The notes under the pieces are model-generated. The model saw only the letters and a list, made by a program, of their open reading frames with translations, was not told the origin of the DNA and ran no database searches. Both the position numbers and the translations under genes were made by a program. This document shows positions 1 through 8,324 of a stretch of DNA of 64,000 bases, one piece after another (the first letter of the stretch is position 1; each line of letters begins with the position of its first letter). The stretch is from contig CAYNKA010000003.1 in NCBI GenBank assembly GCA_964397655.1, forward strand, positions 323,890 to 387,889, given 5' to 3'. This stretch comes from an uncultured Spirochaetaceae bacterium (GTDB lineage Bacteria > Spirochaetota > Spirochaetia > DTKZ01).

Positions 1-161
1 GGCGATTTCCGACATCGCCGATTTGAGCCAAGCGAAATTCACGGATCCCATACCGTTACGATCGGATCGTTACTCCACGTAATCCATTTTCCGGCATTTT
101 TTCGTTCGTTTTCCAGCGAGCCCTGATTATATTGTTAATACCACAAGAGGGAGAAATATTC

Positions 162-686
162 ATGAAAGTACTTGCCGCTTTTGGATCCAGCATCATTGCG
201 ATTGTTTTTTTCGGATGCGCAACGATGCCTAAAGGAGCAACGACCGTTCAAAATTTCGAAAAAGAAAAATATCTCGGCAAATGGTATGAAATAGCCAGAT
301 TTGATTTTAGATTCGAAAAAGATTTGAACAATACCTCGGCGGAATATTCGATTCTCGAAAACGGGAATATCGGTGTTGTGAATAGAGGCTATAATTACAA
401 AAAGAACGAGTGGAAAGAAGCACGTGGGCAAGCTAGATTCAGGGGCAAGGATTCCGTAGGGGAACTGGAAGTATCGTTCTTCGGACCATTCTATTCTGCG
501 TATAACATCCTTGCGCTGGATAATGAATACCGATATGCTTTGATAGCCGGCAAAAGCACCGAATATTTATGGATTCTGTCGCGTGAAAAGCAGATTCCCG
601 ATGAAATCAAGCAGAAGTACGTGCATATCGCCGAAGCCTTGGGCTATGACACAGGCAAATTAATCTGGGTTGAGCATACTACCTAA
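162..686 (+). CDS. blc: Bacterial lipocalin (outer-membrane lipoprotein Blc)
   Basis: Lipocalin signature YLGKWYEIARFD. The N-terminus has a signal peptide with the lipobox FFGC. An RBS-like AAGAGGGAGAAA precedes the internal ATG at 162. The gene is markedly AT-rich compared with the rest of the window. Confidence 0.85.
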   Translation: MKVLAAFGSSIIAIVFFGCATMPKGATTVQNFEKEKYLGKWYEIARFDFRFEKDLNNTSAEYSILENGNIGVVNRGYNYKKNEWKEARGQARFRGKDSVGELEVSFFGPFYSAYNILALDNEYRYALIAGKSTEYLWILSREKQIPDEIKQKYVHIAEALGYDTGKLIWVEHTT

Positions 687-765
687 ACCCGAGCAGTGGT
701 CACAATTACCGACGGAACCGCACCTCACCCGACGCATGTTCCCTTCCCCTCTCGCGTCATCCTCC

Positions 766-1134
766 CTAACTCGCCTTCTTCCCCTCCACCAGCTGGGTGA
801 GCTCGTCACGGGAGACGGCTTCCTCGTCCGTGAAATACAGGAAGGTCTTTCCCTTCTCCATTCCGCCGTGGCCTGAAAAATAAAAGAAGAGGAGATCCTC
901 CGATCCGACCTTCAAGTTCTTCATGGCCGTCCGTAGATTCGCGGAAGCGGCGCTTTTCCCTTCGAGAACCGAAGCCTCCACATTGACGATGCCCCGCGCC
1001 TTCAGCCGGTCCAGGAATTTCTGCACGATCGCCTTGTCTCTACCGAATATACCGGCGGCCCGGAGCCGCGTCAGAGGGAAATCGGGTAGTTTTCGGGTAA
1101 GTCGGCGGCCGGAGACCCGCGACGACCGCGGCAC
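766..1134 (-). pseudogene. Truncated caspase-domain (peptidase C14) fragment, His half only
   Basis: The translation contains DLLFFYFSGHGG, the His-box region of a caspase p20 fold. It lacks the downstream catalytic Cys box. The ORF stops at TAG 766 with a second stop three codons later, exactly where the AT-rich blc islet begins. Confidence 0.5.
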
Positions 1135-1228
1135 GTGCTCTCGGCTCGGCTCGGAAGATTGACCCTCCGCCGCCCGCTGCGCGATAATTCATTTGAGAGC
1201 CGTCTTCGCGACGGCAAAGGAGGCTGCG

Positions 1229-1825
1229 ATGAAGGCAGGAAACGTGTTCATCGTGACGCTTCTCTCGACGCTCGTCGATCTGCTCGGAGCCGAGACCATC
1301 ACGACGCTCGATTTCGACTCGGTCAAAGCGGTTCACGGCAGGGTCGTCGCTGCGGGCTACCTCGCGAAGTTCGGCATCGCCTTGAGCGACGTGACGCCGG
1401 GCACGCTGGTCGTGATCGACGACGCCAAGAATTTCTACGGAGGAAGGGCGCTCGCCGCCCGGTCCGCCCCCAACGTCCTCACCCAGATAAACTCGAACGA
1501 TCCGGTGAGTTATACGCTCAGGCTTCCGTCCCCGGTCCGGTCGGTGCGGTTCACCAGGCCAGCCCTGCTCGCCGGCCCAACGGGCATCACCTTTCCCCAA
1601 TGGAAGGCCGAAGCCCTCGACGAAGCGGGGAGGCTTCTTTCCCGGACGGGCGAGCCCCTGGGAAGCGGAGCCGCCTATTATTCCGACGTCCCGGCAAAGA
1701 CCTTCGACCTGGAGGGACCGGGGATCAGGGCGCTGAGATTCAGTTCGAACAACATGCATTTCGCCGCATTCAGCGCCCTCGCGATCGACGATCTCGTCCT
1801 CGTCGGCGAGTCGAAGGCGGAGTAG
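1229..1825 (+). CDS. Hypothetical exported protein, first gene of the WD40-caspase operon
   Basis: SD AAGGAGG lies 6 nt upstream of the ATG at 1229. The N-terminus MKAGNVFIVTLLSTLVDLLGA is signal-peptide like. A 4-nt gap separates it from the next gene. High GC3. Confidence 0.6.
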   Translation: MKAGNVFIVTLLSTLVDLLGAETITTLDFDSVKAVHGRVVAAGYLAKFGIALSDVTPGTLVVIDDAKNFYGGRALAARSAPNVLTQINSNDPVSYTLRLPSPVRSVRFTRPALLAGPTGITFPQWKAEALDEAGRLLSRTGEPLGSGAAYYSDVPAKTFDLEGPGIRALRFSSNNMHFAAFSALAIDDLVLVGESKAE

Positions 1826-1829
1826 CCTC

Positions 1830-4800
1830 GTGTGGAATAAGAGGATCCCGATCGTCGTTCTCACGGCCCTGGCCGTCGCCGCGGCGCTTTCTGCCGGAGA
1901 CGCGGAAGTCGTCGTACAGACCGGACACGCGGGACAGGTGAATTCCTTCGCCGTCAGCCCCGATTCGAGGCTCGTGGCGAGCGCCGGCAGCGACGGCACG
2001 ATCGTCGTCTGGAGCGCGTCGACGGGAAGGCAACTCAGGACCTTGAAGGGCCATGCGTCGCAGGCGATGTCCGTGGCATGGGGCGGCGACGGGAGCCGCA
2101 TCGCGAGCGGAGGCACCGACGGGACCGTCCGGGTATGGATCGCGGCGGACGGGCGCGAGGAGCGCCGTTTCCGAGTCTCCGCCCCCATCGTCGATTCCGT
2201 CGCGATGAGCCGGAACGGCGGCATCCTCGCGGCAGGCGGCAACGACGGAGCGATCCGGCTCTGGGACCTCGGCTCCGGAAGGGAACTCGGGACCCTCGCC
2301 GGCCACGCGGGCAACGTCGCGGCCCTCGCCTTCGATCCCACCGGCGCGTTCCTCGCGAGCGGGAGCTACGACCACGAGGTAAGGATCTGGGACGTCGGCA
2401 CCGGCCGGACCCTCAGACTGCTCGAGGGGCATCCGGCCGCGGTGATGGGAACTGCGTGGAGCAGGGACGGCCGCTGGATCGCGAGTTCGGGCGGCGGGTA
2501 CGCCGGGGCGGCGACGGTCATCGTATGGGACGCGGAAACCGGAAAGGCCCGTCACCGCTTCACCGTGAACGACGAGTGGGTTTCCTCGGTCGTGTTCGGT
2601 CCGGACGGAAGGTACCTCATAGGCGGCACGAACACGCGGGGAAGGGCCCTCCGGGTGTTCGATCTCGCGAAGGGAGCCGACGCAGGCACCCTCCGAACGA
2701 ACACGGACGCGGTCTTCTGCGTGGGCTTCAGCCCAGACGCGAAGTTTTTCGCCTACGGAGGCGCCCGCGACGCCGTCACGATCGTGGATGCGAAGACCTG
2801 GAGGGAAATCCGGACGTTGGAAGGGCTCGTCCGCGGGACGAGTTCGACTGCGGTCGGCCCGAACGGGGACATCCTCGCGAGCGCGTCGGAAGACTCGATC
2901 CGGATCTGGGATCTCCGCCGGGCGAAGGAGACGCGCAGGATAGCAGCGGGAAGCTACGTCGCCGCGGTCGCCTTCTCGCCCAGGGGCGATCTCCTGGCCG
3001 CGGCCTGCCGCGACGCGACCGTCGGCCTGTGGAACCTCGCGGACGGCAGGAAGGTCCGCACCTTCTCGGGCCACAGGGCCGCGGTTCGCTGCGTCGCCTT
3101 CGATCCTTCGGGATCCGTCCTCGCGAGCGGAAGCGACGACTCCACGGTCAGGCTCTGGAACGTCGCCTCGGGCGAACTCGTCCGTACGCTCGCGGGCCAC
3201 GCCGATTTCGTCCATGCCGTCGCCTTCGGCCCCGACGGCAGCTTCCTCGCCTCGGGCAGCGGCGACACGACGATCAAGGTCTGGGACCCCGGGACGGGCG
3301 GAGAGCTCGGGACCCTCGCCGGCCACGAGAACTGGGTGGAAGCCCTCGCCGCCGGGCCGGACGGCAGGTCCCTCGTCTCCGGGAGCGGCGACGAAACCGT
3401 GAAACTCTGGGACGTGGAGAAGCGGATCGAGACGAGGACCTTCGCGGGGCACACGGACCGGATCGCCTCCGTAGCCCTGGCCGCGGACGGAAAATCCGCC
3501 CTTTCGGGGAGTGAAGACGGCAGGCTCATCGTCTGGGACCTCGCCTCGGGCAGGGAGACGCTCCGGATGGAAGGAGCGGCCGGGGGGATCGTTTCCGCCG
3601 CCTTCGAACCGGACGGAAGGGCCCTCGTTTCCGGGAACAAAGACGGTTCGGTGAAGATACGGAACCGGAAAACCGGCGCGGAGATCGCCTCGCTCATCGG
3701 CTTCAGGGACGGGGAATGGATCATCATCACCCCCAAAGGCTACTTCGAAGCATCCCCCGGGGGTGCGAAACACCTCAACGCGAGGATCGGCGACGAGGCC
3801 TACGCCATAGACCAGTTCTACGCGAAATTCTACCGGCCAGAACTCGTCCGGGCCGCCCTCGCCGGGGGTGCCGTGCCGGAGGGCGAAACGCTCAAGACGG
3901 TTCTCGCCGAACGGAGCGCTCCGGAGGTCGAGATCCTCTCGCCCCGGAACGGAGAAACGACCGAGGCTTCGAGCGCGGCCCTCGACCTCCGGATACGGGA
4001 CACGGGCGGCGGCGTGGGCGACGTCCTCGTCTACCTGAACGGCTCCCAGGTGGCGAACGAGACTCGCGGCCTCTCGGTCCGGCCCGAAAGGCCCGACCCC
4101 GTGAGGCTGAGGACCCTGACGCTGCCCCTCGTCGCGGGCGAGAACTCGATCAAGGTCGTGGTCCTGAACCGGGACGGCTCCATGGAGTCGAACCCGGCAG
4201 TCGTCGTCGTGACGTCGAAGGCCGTGCTCTCGAAGCCGAACCTCTACGCGCTCGCCGTCGGCATCGACACCTACAGGAACGAGTCCATTTCGCTCGCCTA
4301 CGCGGTCAGGGACGCCGAGGCCTTCGCCGAGGCCCTGAAGTACAGCTCGGCGCCTCTCTTCGAGCGGATAGAGGTCGAAGTTCTCACCACGCCGGAGAAG
4401 ACCACGAAAGAGGCCGTGGTCAAGGCCCTCGAGAGGATGAAGGCGAAGGTGAAACCGAACGACTTCTTCGTCTTCTACGACGCCTCCCACGGAATCGTGG
4501 AAGAGGAGGGGGACTCGCAGTATTTCCTGCTCACGAGCAACGTCCTTCTCCTGTCCTCGAGACGCATAGCGGCCGACGCGCTGAGCCAGAAGGAACTCGC
4601 GAGCCTCCTGGGAGGCATCCCCGCCGAGAAGAAGCTCGTCGTCCTCGACACCTGCAACGCGGGGAAAGGCGGAAAGGAGATCGCTGCGGCTCTCATGAAG
4701 ACTCGCGGCCTCACCGAGGCGACGGCGATCAAGCTGCTCAAGCGGGCCATCGGCTCTGCCGTCTTCGCCGCCTCGTCGGACACCCAGCAGGCGCTGGAAG

Positions 4801-5009
4801 GCTACAAGGGGCACGGCCTCTTCACCTACGTCCTCATCGAGGGGCTCAGGGGCAAGGCCGACACGAGGAACGACGGCTTCATCACCGTACTCGGCCTCGC
4901 CGAATACGCGGAGGAGGAGGTCGTCCGCCTCTCCGAGGAAGTGTTCAAGCGCCAGCAGACTCCCACCATCCAGACGAGCGCGAACTTCCCCATAGGCAAG
5001 GTGCGGTGA
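1830..5009 (+). CDS. Secreted WD40-repeat (~14 blades) protein with C-terminal caspase-like peptidase C14 domain
   Basis: N-terminal signal peptide MWNKRIPIVVLTALAVAAALSAG. Repeated GH..xV..VAFSPDG...ASGS.D.T[IV][KR][LV]W[DN] WD40 units run through residue ~600. The C-terminus has caspase dyad motifs FVFYDASHG (His) and VVLDTCNAG (Cys). Confidence 0.9.
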   Translation: MWNKRIPIVVLTALAVAAALSAGDAEVVVQTGHAGQVNSFAVSPDSRLVASAGSDGTIVVWSASTGRQLRTLKGHASQAMSVAWGGDGSRIASGGTDGTVRVWIAADGREERRFRVSAPIVDSVAMSRNGGILAAGGNDGAIRLWDLGSGRELGTLAGHAGNVAALAFDPTGAFLASGSYDHEVRIWDVGTGRTLRLLEGHPAAVMGTAWSRDGRWIASSGGGYAGAATVIVWDAETGKARHRFTVNDEWVSSVVFGPDGRYLIGGTNTRGRALRVFDLAKGADAGTLRTNTDAVFCVGFSPDAKFFAYGGARDAVTIVDAKTWREIRTLEGLVRGTSSTAVGPNGDILASASEDSIRIWDLRRAKETRRIAAGSYVAAVAFSPRGDLLAAACRDATVGLWNLADGRKVRTFSGHRAAVRCVAFDPSGSVLASGSDDSTVRLWNVASGELVRTLAGHADFVHAVAFGPDGSFLASGSGDTTIKVWDPGTGGELGTLAGHENWVEALAAGPDGRSLVSGSGDETVKLWDVEKRIETRTFAGHTDRIASVALAADGKSALSGSEDGRLIVWDLASGRETLRMEGAAGGIVSAAFEPDGRALVSGNKDGSVKIRNRKTGAEIASLIGFRDGEWIIITPKGYFEASPGGAKHLNARIGDEAYAIDQFYAKFYRPELVRAALAGGAVPEGETLKTVLAERSAPEVEILSPRNGETTEASSAALDLRIRDTGGGVGDVLVYLNGSQVANETRGLSVRPERPDPVRLRTLTLPLVAGENSIKVVVLNRDGSMESNPAVVVVTSKAVLSKPNLYALAVGIDTYRNESISLAYAVRDAEAFAEALKYSSAPLFERIEVEVLTTPEKTTKEAVVKALERMKAKVKPNDFFVFYDASHGIVEEEGDSQYFLLTSNVLLLSSRRIAADALSQKELASLLGGIPAEKKLVVLDTCNAGKGGKEIAAALMKTRGLTEATAIKLLKRAIGSAVFAASSDTQQALEGYKGHGLFTYVLIEGLRGKADTRNDGFITVLGLAEYAEEEVVRLSEEVFKRQQTPTIQTSANFPIGKVR

Positions 5010-5036
5010 GGGCCTCCGCGGAAACCGGAAAGAATT

Positions 5037-6209
5037 TCAGGAGCTGAATTTCCCCTCGGGCGGTCTGTCCCGCTTTCCGCGCTCGAAGGAGATCGATTTC
5101 GTCGGGCAGACTCCTATACAGGTCCCGCACGCGAAGCAGTCCGGGATCGTCCGGTCCCTCCGGAGGATCGCCCCCATGACCGAAGAGGGGCAGGCCTTCT
5201 CGCAGCTTCCGCAGGCCGTGCACGAGGAATAATCGACCTTTATTTTCCAGATGCTCGCCTTCTCCGCCAGCCATCCGGCGAGGCCGAAGGGGCAGAAGAA
5301 ATGGCACCAGGGCCGGTATACGAAGAGGGATGCCGCGAGAAGGACCGCGAGCGCCGCGATTCCGGAGACGAGCAACTTCGCCGGGTTGAAGATCTTGAAG
5401 GGGTCGATCGGCTCCACGATGTCCGCGGACCACAGGAACGCGACCACAACGATCGCGACGAGAAAAACGATCCGGACGGTGTTCGATACGGCGAACGGCG
5501 CCTTGATCTGCGGCAGCAGGCCCTTGGTGTCCTCCCTGTTCCTGCCGAGCCGGAACAGCAGGTCCTGCAGGGTGCCGAACTGGCAGCCCCAGGAGCAGAG
5601 GAACTTGTTGAGGACGATCGTACCGCCGACGAGCATGACGAGGAAGGCGACGAGTCGGGGCGGGAACACGGCTCCGCTTCGCGCGAAGAGGACGATCGCG
5701 TCCTTCACCGTGCCCATGGGACTCGGGTCCGAGCCGAGGACTACGCCGAAGACGAAGACGCCGGCGCCGAGAAGGCCGAGACGGAGCTTCGGGCCTATCC
5801 TTCCCGCCCGGAGGAGACGGAAAACGACGAAGAGAAAGACCGCCCAGCCGGCGAATTTTGCCGCGATCTTCTTCCAGTTCTTCGACTCCTCTTCGCGCTC
5901 GAGGGCCGAAGCCTTCTTCGCCCCGTCCGCGATCTCGGCCGTCGACAGGCCGGTCTCCGAAAGCCGCTTCCGGAGATCGTCCTTCGACGCCGGTTTGAAC
6001 ATCTTTTGGACGGTTTCCTTCGAGAGCGAGTTGGCGGCGGCGAATTCCTCGATAGTCATGTCCCCCCGGACCGTGATCTCGGACGGGACCGGAGCGGTCT
6101 CCGGCTTGCCTCCCCAGAGACTCATGGAAAGATGGGACAGGGCTGCCGCCACCGCGACCGCGGCGAGCGAGACGACGAATACGCCGAGAATCGACTTTTT
6201 GTTTCTCAC
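5037..6209 (-). CDS. 4Fe-4S ferredoxin-type polytopic membrane protein (NapH/MauN-like)
   Basis: GTG start with a GGAGGTG SD. Multiple TM helices. Cys clusters CHFFCPFG, CTACGSCEKACP and CFACGTCIGVCP. Confidence 0.85.
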   Translation of the reverse strand: MRNKKSILGVFVVSLAAVAVAAALSHLSMSLWGGKPETAPVPSEITVRGDMTIEEFAAANSLSKETVQKMFKPASKDDLRKRLSETGLSTAEIADGAKKASALEREEESKNWKKIAAKFAGWAVFLFVVFRLLRAGRIGPKLRLGLLGAGVFVFGVVLGSDPSPMGTVKDAIVLFARSGAVFPPRLVAFLVMLVGGTIVLNKFLCSWGCQFGTLQDLLFRLGRNREDTKGLLPQIKAPFAVSNTVRIVFLVAIVVVAFLWSADIVEPIDPFKIFNPAKLLVSGIAALAVLLAASLFVYRPWCHFFCPFGLAGWLAEKASIWKIKVDYSSCTACGSCEKACPSSVMGAILRRDRTIPDCFACGTCIGVCPTKSISFERGKRDRPPEGKFSS

Positions 6210-6264
6210 GGATCACCTCCGGAATATACTATAAGCGCAGCACGCTCCCGGCGCAAGGAACGAC

Positions 6265-6291
6265 AAAAAAGCGGTCCCTCGGAGGTACCGC
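6265..6291 (-). terminator. Rho-independent terminator downstream of the aldo-keto reductase gene
   Basis: Hairpin GCGGTCCC-tcgg-aGGtACCGC. On the minus strand it is followed by a T6 run (A6 at 6265-6270 on plus). Confidence 0.5.
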
Positions 6292-6347
6292 TCGATACTG
6301 CGACGCGCCCGCCTTTAATCTCGGAAAGCGCCGGGTTCGTTATTCGT

Positions 6348-7334
6348 TCAAGATATGGCTTCCACGTCGGCCCGCATCTTCGCGATGTCCGCGGCCTCCA
6401 GGGTGACGCTGCCGCCTCCGACGTTCTCCTCGATCTGCGGAATCTTCCGGGCTCCGCAGAGCACGTTCACGTTGCTTCCCGTGCCCTGGGCAGCGGTCCA
6501 GGCGATGACGAGATGGGTCATCGTACAGGAGTATTTTCTGCAGAGCGGTGCCCATTTCTCGGAAAGCTCGACGACCTTCACCAGGTTGTCCTTCTCGAAC
6601 CACTTGATCTTACTCTTGGCGAGACCCATGTTGACCGGAGTCCCGGGCTTGTACTTTCCGGTGAGGATCCCCCGTTCGAGCGGGGAATAGGCCTGGAAGG
6701 AAACGCCGTTCCGCGCGCAGAGGTCGAAGAATTTCTTCTCCGCCCCCCGGTCGAGCATGCTGTACTTCTCCTGGATGATGTCGAGCTGGCCGTACTTCGC
6801 GTATTCCTTGAACTGCTCCTCGTTGAGGTTCGAGGCGCCGATCGCCCGGATCTTACCCTGCTTCTTGAGATCCATGAGAAAGCCCATCGTGTCCGCGATC
6901 GGACAGGGGAATTCCGGAAGCGCCTGCCAGTGAACGATGTAGATGTCGATGTAGTCGGTCCTGAGCCGCTTCAGGCTGATCTCGAGCTCTTCCTTGAGCC
7001 GCTCGGGCCGGGAATTGCGGACGATCCTGACCCCGTCACGTTCCATGAGCAGGGCGCCTTCCTTGATGTCCCAGCGAATCCCGCATTTCGTGGAAAGAAC
7101 GTACTTGTCGCGGCGGCCTTCGAGCGCCCTGCCCACGACCTCCTCGCCGTGGCCGAGGCCGTAGGCCGGAGCCGTGTCTACCAGGGTGATGCCGAGTTCC
7201 CTCGCCTTGTGGATGGTCCGGATCGACTCCGCGTCGTCGCTCGGCCCCCAGTTGCTGTCGCCGCCGATGGCCCATGCGCCGAGGCCCACGACCGACGCAT
7301 CGATGCCTGACCTGCCTATCTTCATCTGCTTCAT
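6348..7334 (-). CDS. Aldo/keto reductase family oxidoreductase
   Basis: AKR motifs LVDTAPAYGLGHGEEVVGRAL, IDIYIVHW and GASNLNEEQ. Length 328 aa. Confidence 0.9.
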   Translation of the reverse strand: MKQMKIGRSGIDASVVGLGAWAIGGDSNWGPSDDAESIRTIHKARELGITLVDTAPAYGLGHGEEVVGRALEGRRDKYVLSTKCGIRWDIKEGALLMERDGVRIVRNSRPERLKEELEISLKRLRTDYIDIYIVHWQALPEFPCPIADTMGFLMDLKKQGKIRAIGASNLNEEQFKEYAKYGQLDIIQEKYSMLDRGAEKKFFDLCARNGVSFQAYSPLERGILTGKYKPGTPVNMGLAKSKIKWFEKDNLVKVVELSEKWAPLCRKYSCTMTHLVIAWTAAQGTGSNVNVLCGARKIPQIEENVGGGSVTLEAADIAKMRADVEAIS

Positions 7335-7438
7335 ATCGGACTCCTTTCAGGTTTTTCGTTTCACGCACGGACCAGGAAGGCTCGGCCACGGACGGCCGAT
7401 TTCCCGGTCACTGCCCGATGATCATACCAATTACCGAG

Positions 7439-7449
7439 TTGTATGACAA
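7439..7449. promoter_or_regulatory. Palindrome TTGTatgACAA, candidate GntR-type operator upstream of the AKR gene
   Basis: Perfect 4-bp inverted repeat with a 3-nt spacer, about 100 bp upstream of the AKR start. A GntR/FadR-family regulator is encoded nearby. Confidence 0.3.
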
Positions 7450-7485
7450 CCCGTCGACATCTCCCACGTGCCCATGAGATGAAGC

Positions 7486-7513
7486 GAAAAAAACGGCCCC
7501 GATTTCGGGGCCC
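7486..7513 (-). terminator. Rho-independent terminator after the aldolase/TRAP operon
   Basis: Stem GGCCCC-gatttc-GGGGCC. It is preceded on plus by A7, giving a T7 tract after the hairpin on the minus strand. It sits immediately downstream of the aldolase stop. Confidence 0.55.
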
Positions 7514-7535
7514 GTGCGCGAGGGAAGGGTTCGTA

Positions 7536-8309
7536 TCAGCCGCCCCGAATGAAACCCAAGACTCTCTTCGCTCCCATCGCCATGAAGCTGATGTCGTCGC
7601 CGCAGGAGATGAAATCGACGCCCTTGCCGAGCCACATTTTGAGGTACTCCTCGTCGCCCGGGCCGACCGAGACTCCGCAGGGCTTCCCCGCGGCCTTGCT
7701 GCGGGCGATCGCCCGGTCGCACAGGGCGAGGACCTCGGGATGGGAGGTCTCGCCTATCCGGCCGATCGAGGCGGAAAGGTCGTTAGGGCCTAGGATGAGG
7801 GCGTCGAGCCCATCCACCGACAGAATGCCGTCGATGTTCCTGACGGCGGCCTCGTGCTCGATCTGGACGATCCGGAGGAAGGAGGAATCCGCACCGGCGA
7901 GATAATCCTCCGCAGGGATCGTTCCGTAACGATTGGCCCGTCTCGGACCGAAGCCCCGGACTCCCTTCGGGGGATAACGGCAGGCTGCGACGGCCCGTTC
8001 CGCTTCCTCCTTTGTACACACCATGGGGACGATGATGCCGTCGGGTCCCATTTCGAGGACCGGCTTGATGATCGTCGCGTCGTTCCATACTACCCTGACG
8101 ATCGCGGCCGCCCCGCCGGAGTTCGCCGCGACTATGTGGGCGAGGACCTTCTCCTTGTCGAAGGGGCCGTGCTCCGCGTCTATCCATACGAAGTCGTAGC
8201 CGAAAAAAGCCATGGCCTCGGAAATGGAGGGATCCGTGAGGAAAACGTGCCCTCCGACCGCGAGTTCGCCGCTCTTGAATTTCGCCAAAAGGCCTCGAAC
8301 CTTATCCAT
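7536..8309 (-). CDS. HpcH/HpaI-family 2-keto-3-deoxy sugar-acid aldolase
   Basis: The 257-aa translation matches the HpcH/HpaI aldolase fold, for example DFVWIDAEHGPFD and CGDDISFMAMG. It is co-oriented with the TRAP transporter genes. Confidence 0.85.
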   Translation of the reverse strand: MDKVRGLLAKFKSGELAVGGHVFLTDPSISEAMAFFGYDFVWIDAEHGPFDKEKVLAHIVAANSGGAAAIVRVVWNDATIIKPVLEMGPDGIIVPMVCTKEEAERAVAACRYPPKGVRGFGPRRANRYGTIPAEDYLAGADSSFLRIVQIEHEAAVRNIDGILSVDGLDALILGPNDLSASIGRIGETSHPEVLALCDRAIARSKAAGKPCGVSVGPGDEEYLKMWLGKGVDFISCGDDISFMAMGAKRVLGFIRGG

Positions 8310-8324
8310 GTCGTCGTGCGCTCC

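Noticed and set aside
1770-4814. 1014-aa minus-strand ORF (and the 478-aa plus ORF 2078-3514) overlapping the WD40-caspase gene
   Set aside because: The translation is Arg/Gly/Pro-rich and low-complexity, typical of antisense or alternate frames in high-GC DNA. The WD40-caspase frame has clear domain motifs and GC3 bias.
5251-7310. Plus-strand ORFs 5251-6234 and 5301-7310 over the ferredoxin-like and AKR genes
   Set aside because: Antisense frames. The minus-strand genes have strong motifs (Cys clusters, AKR signatures).
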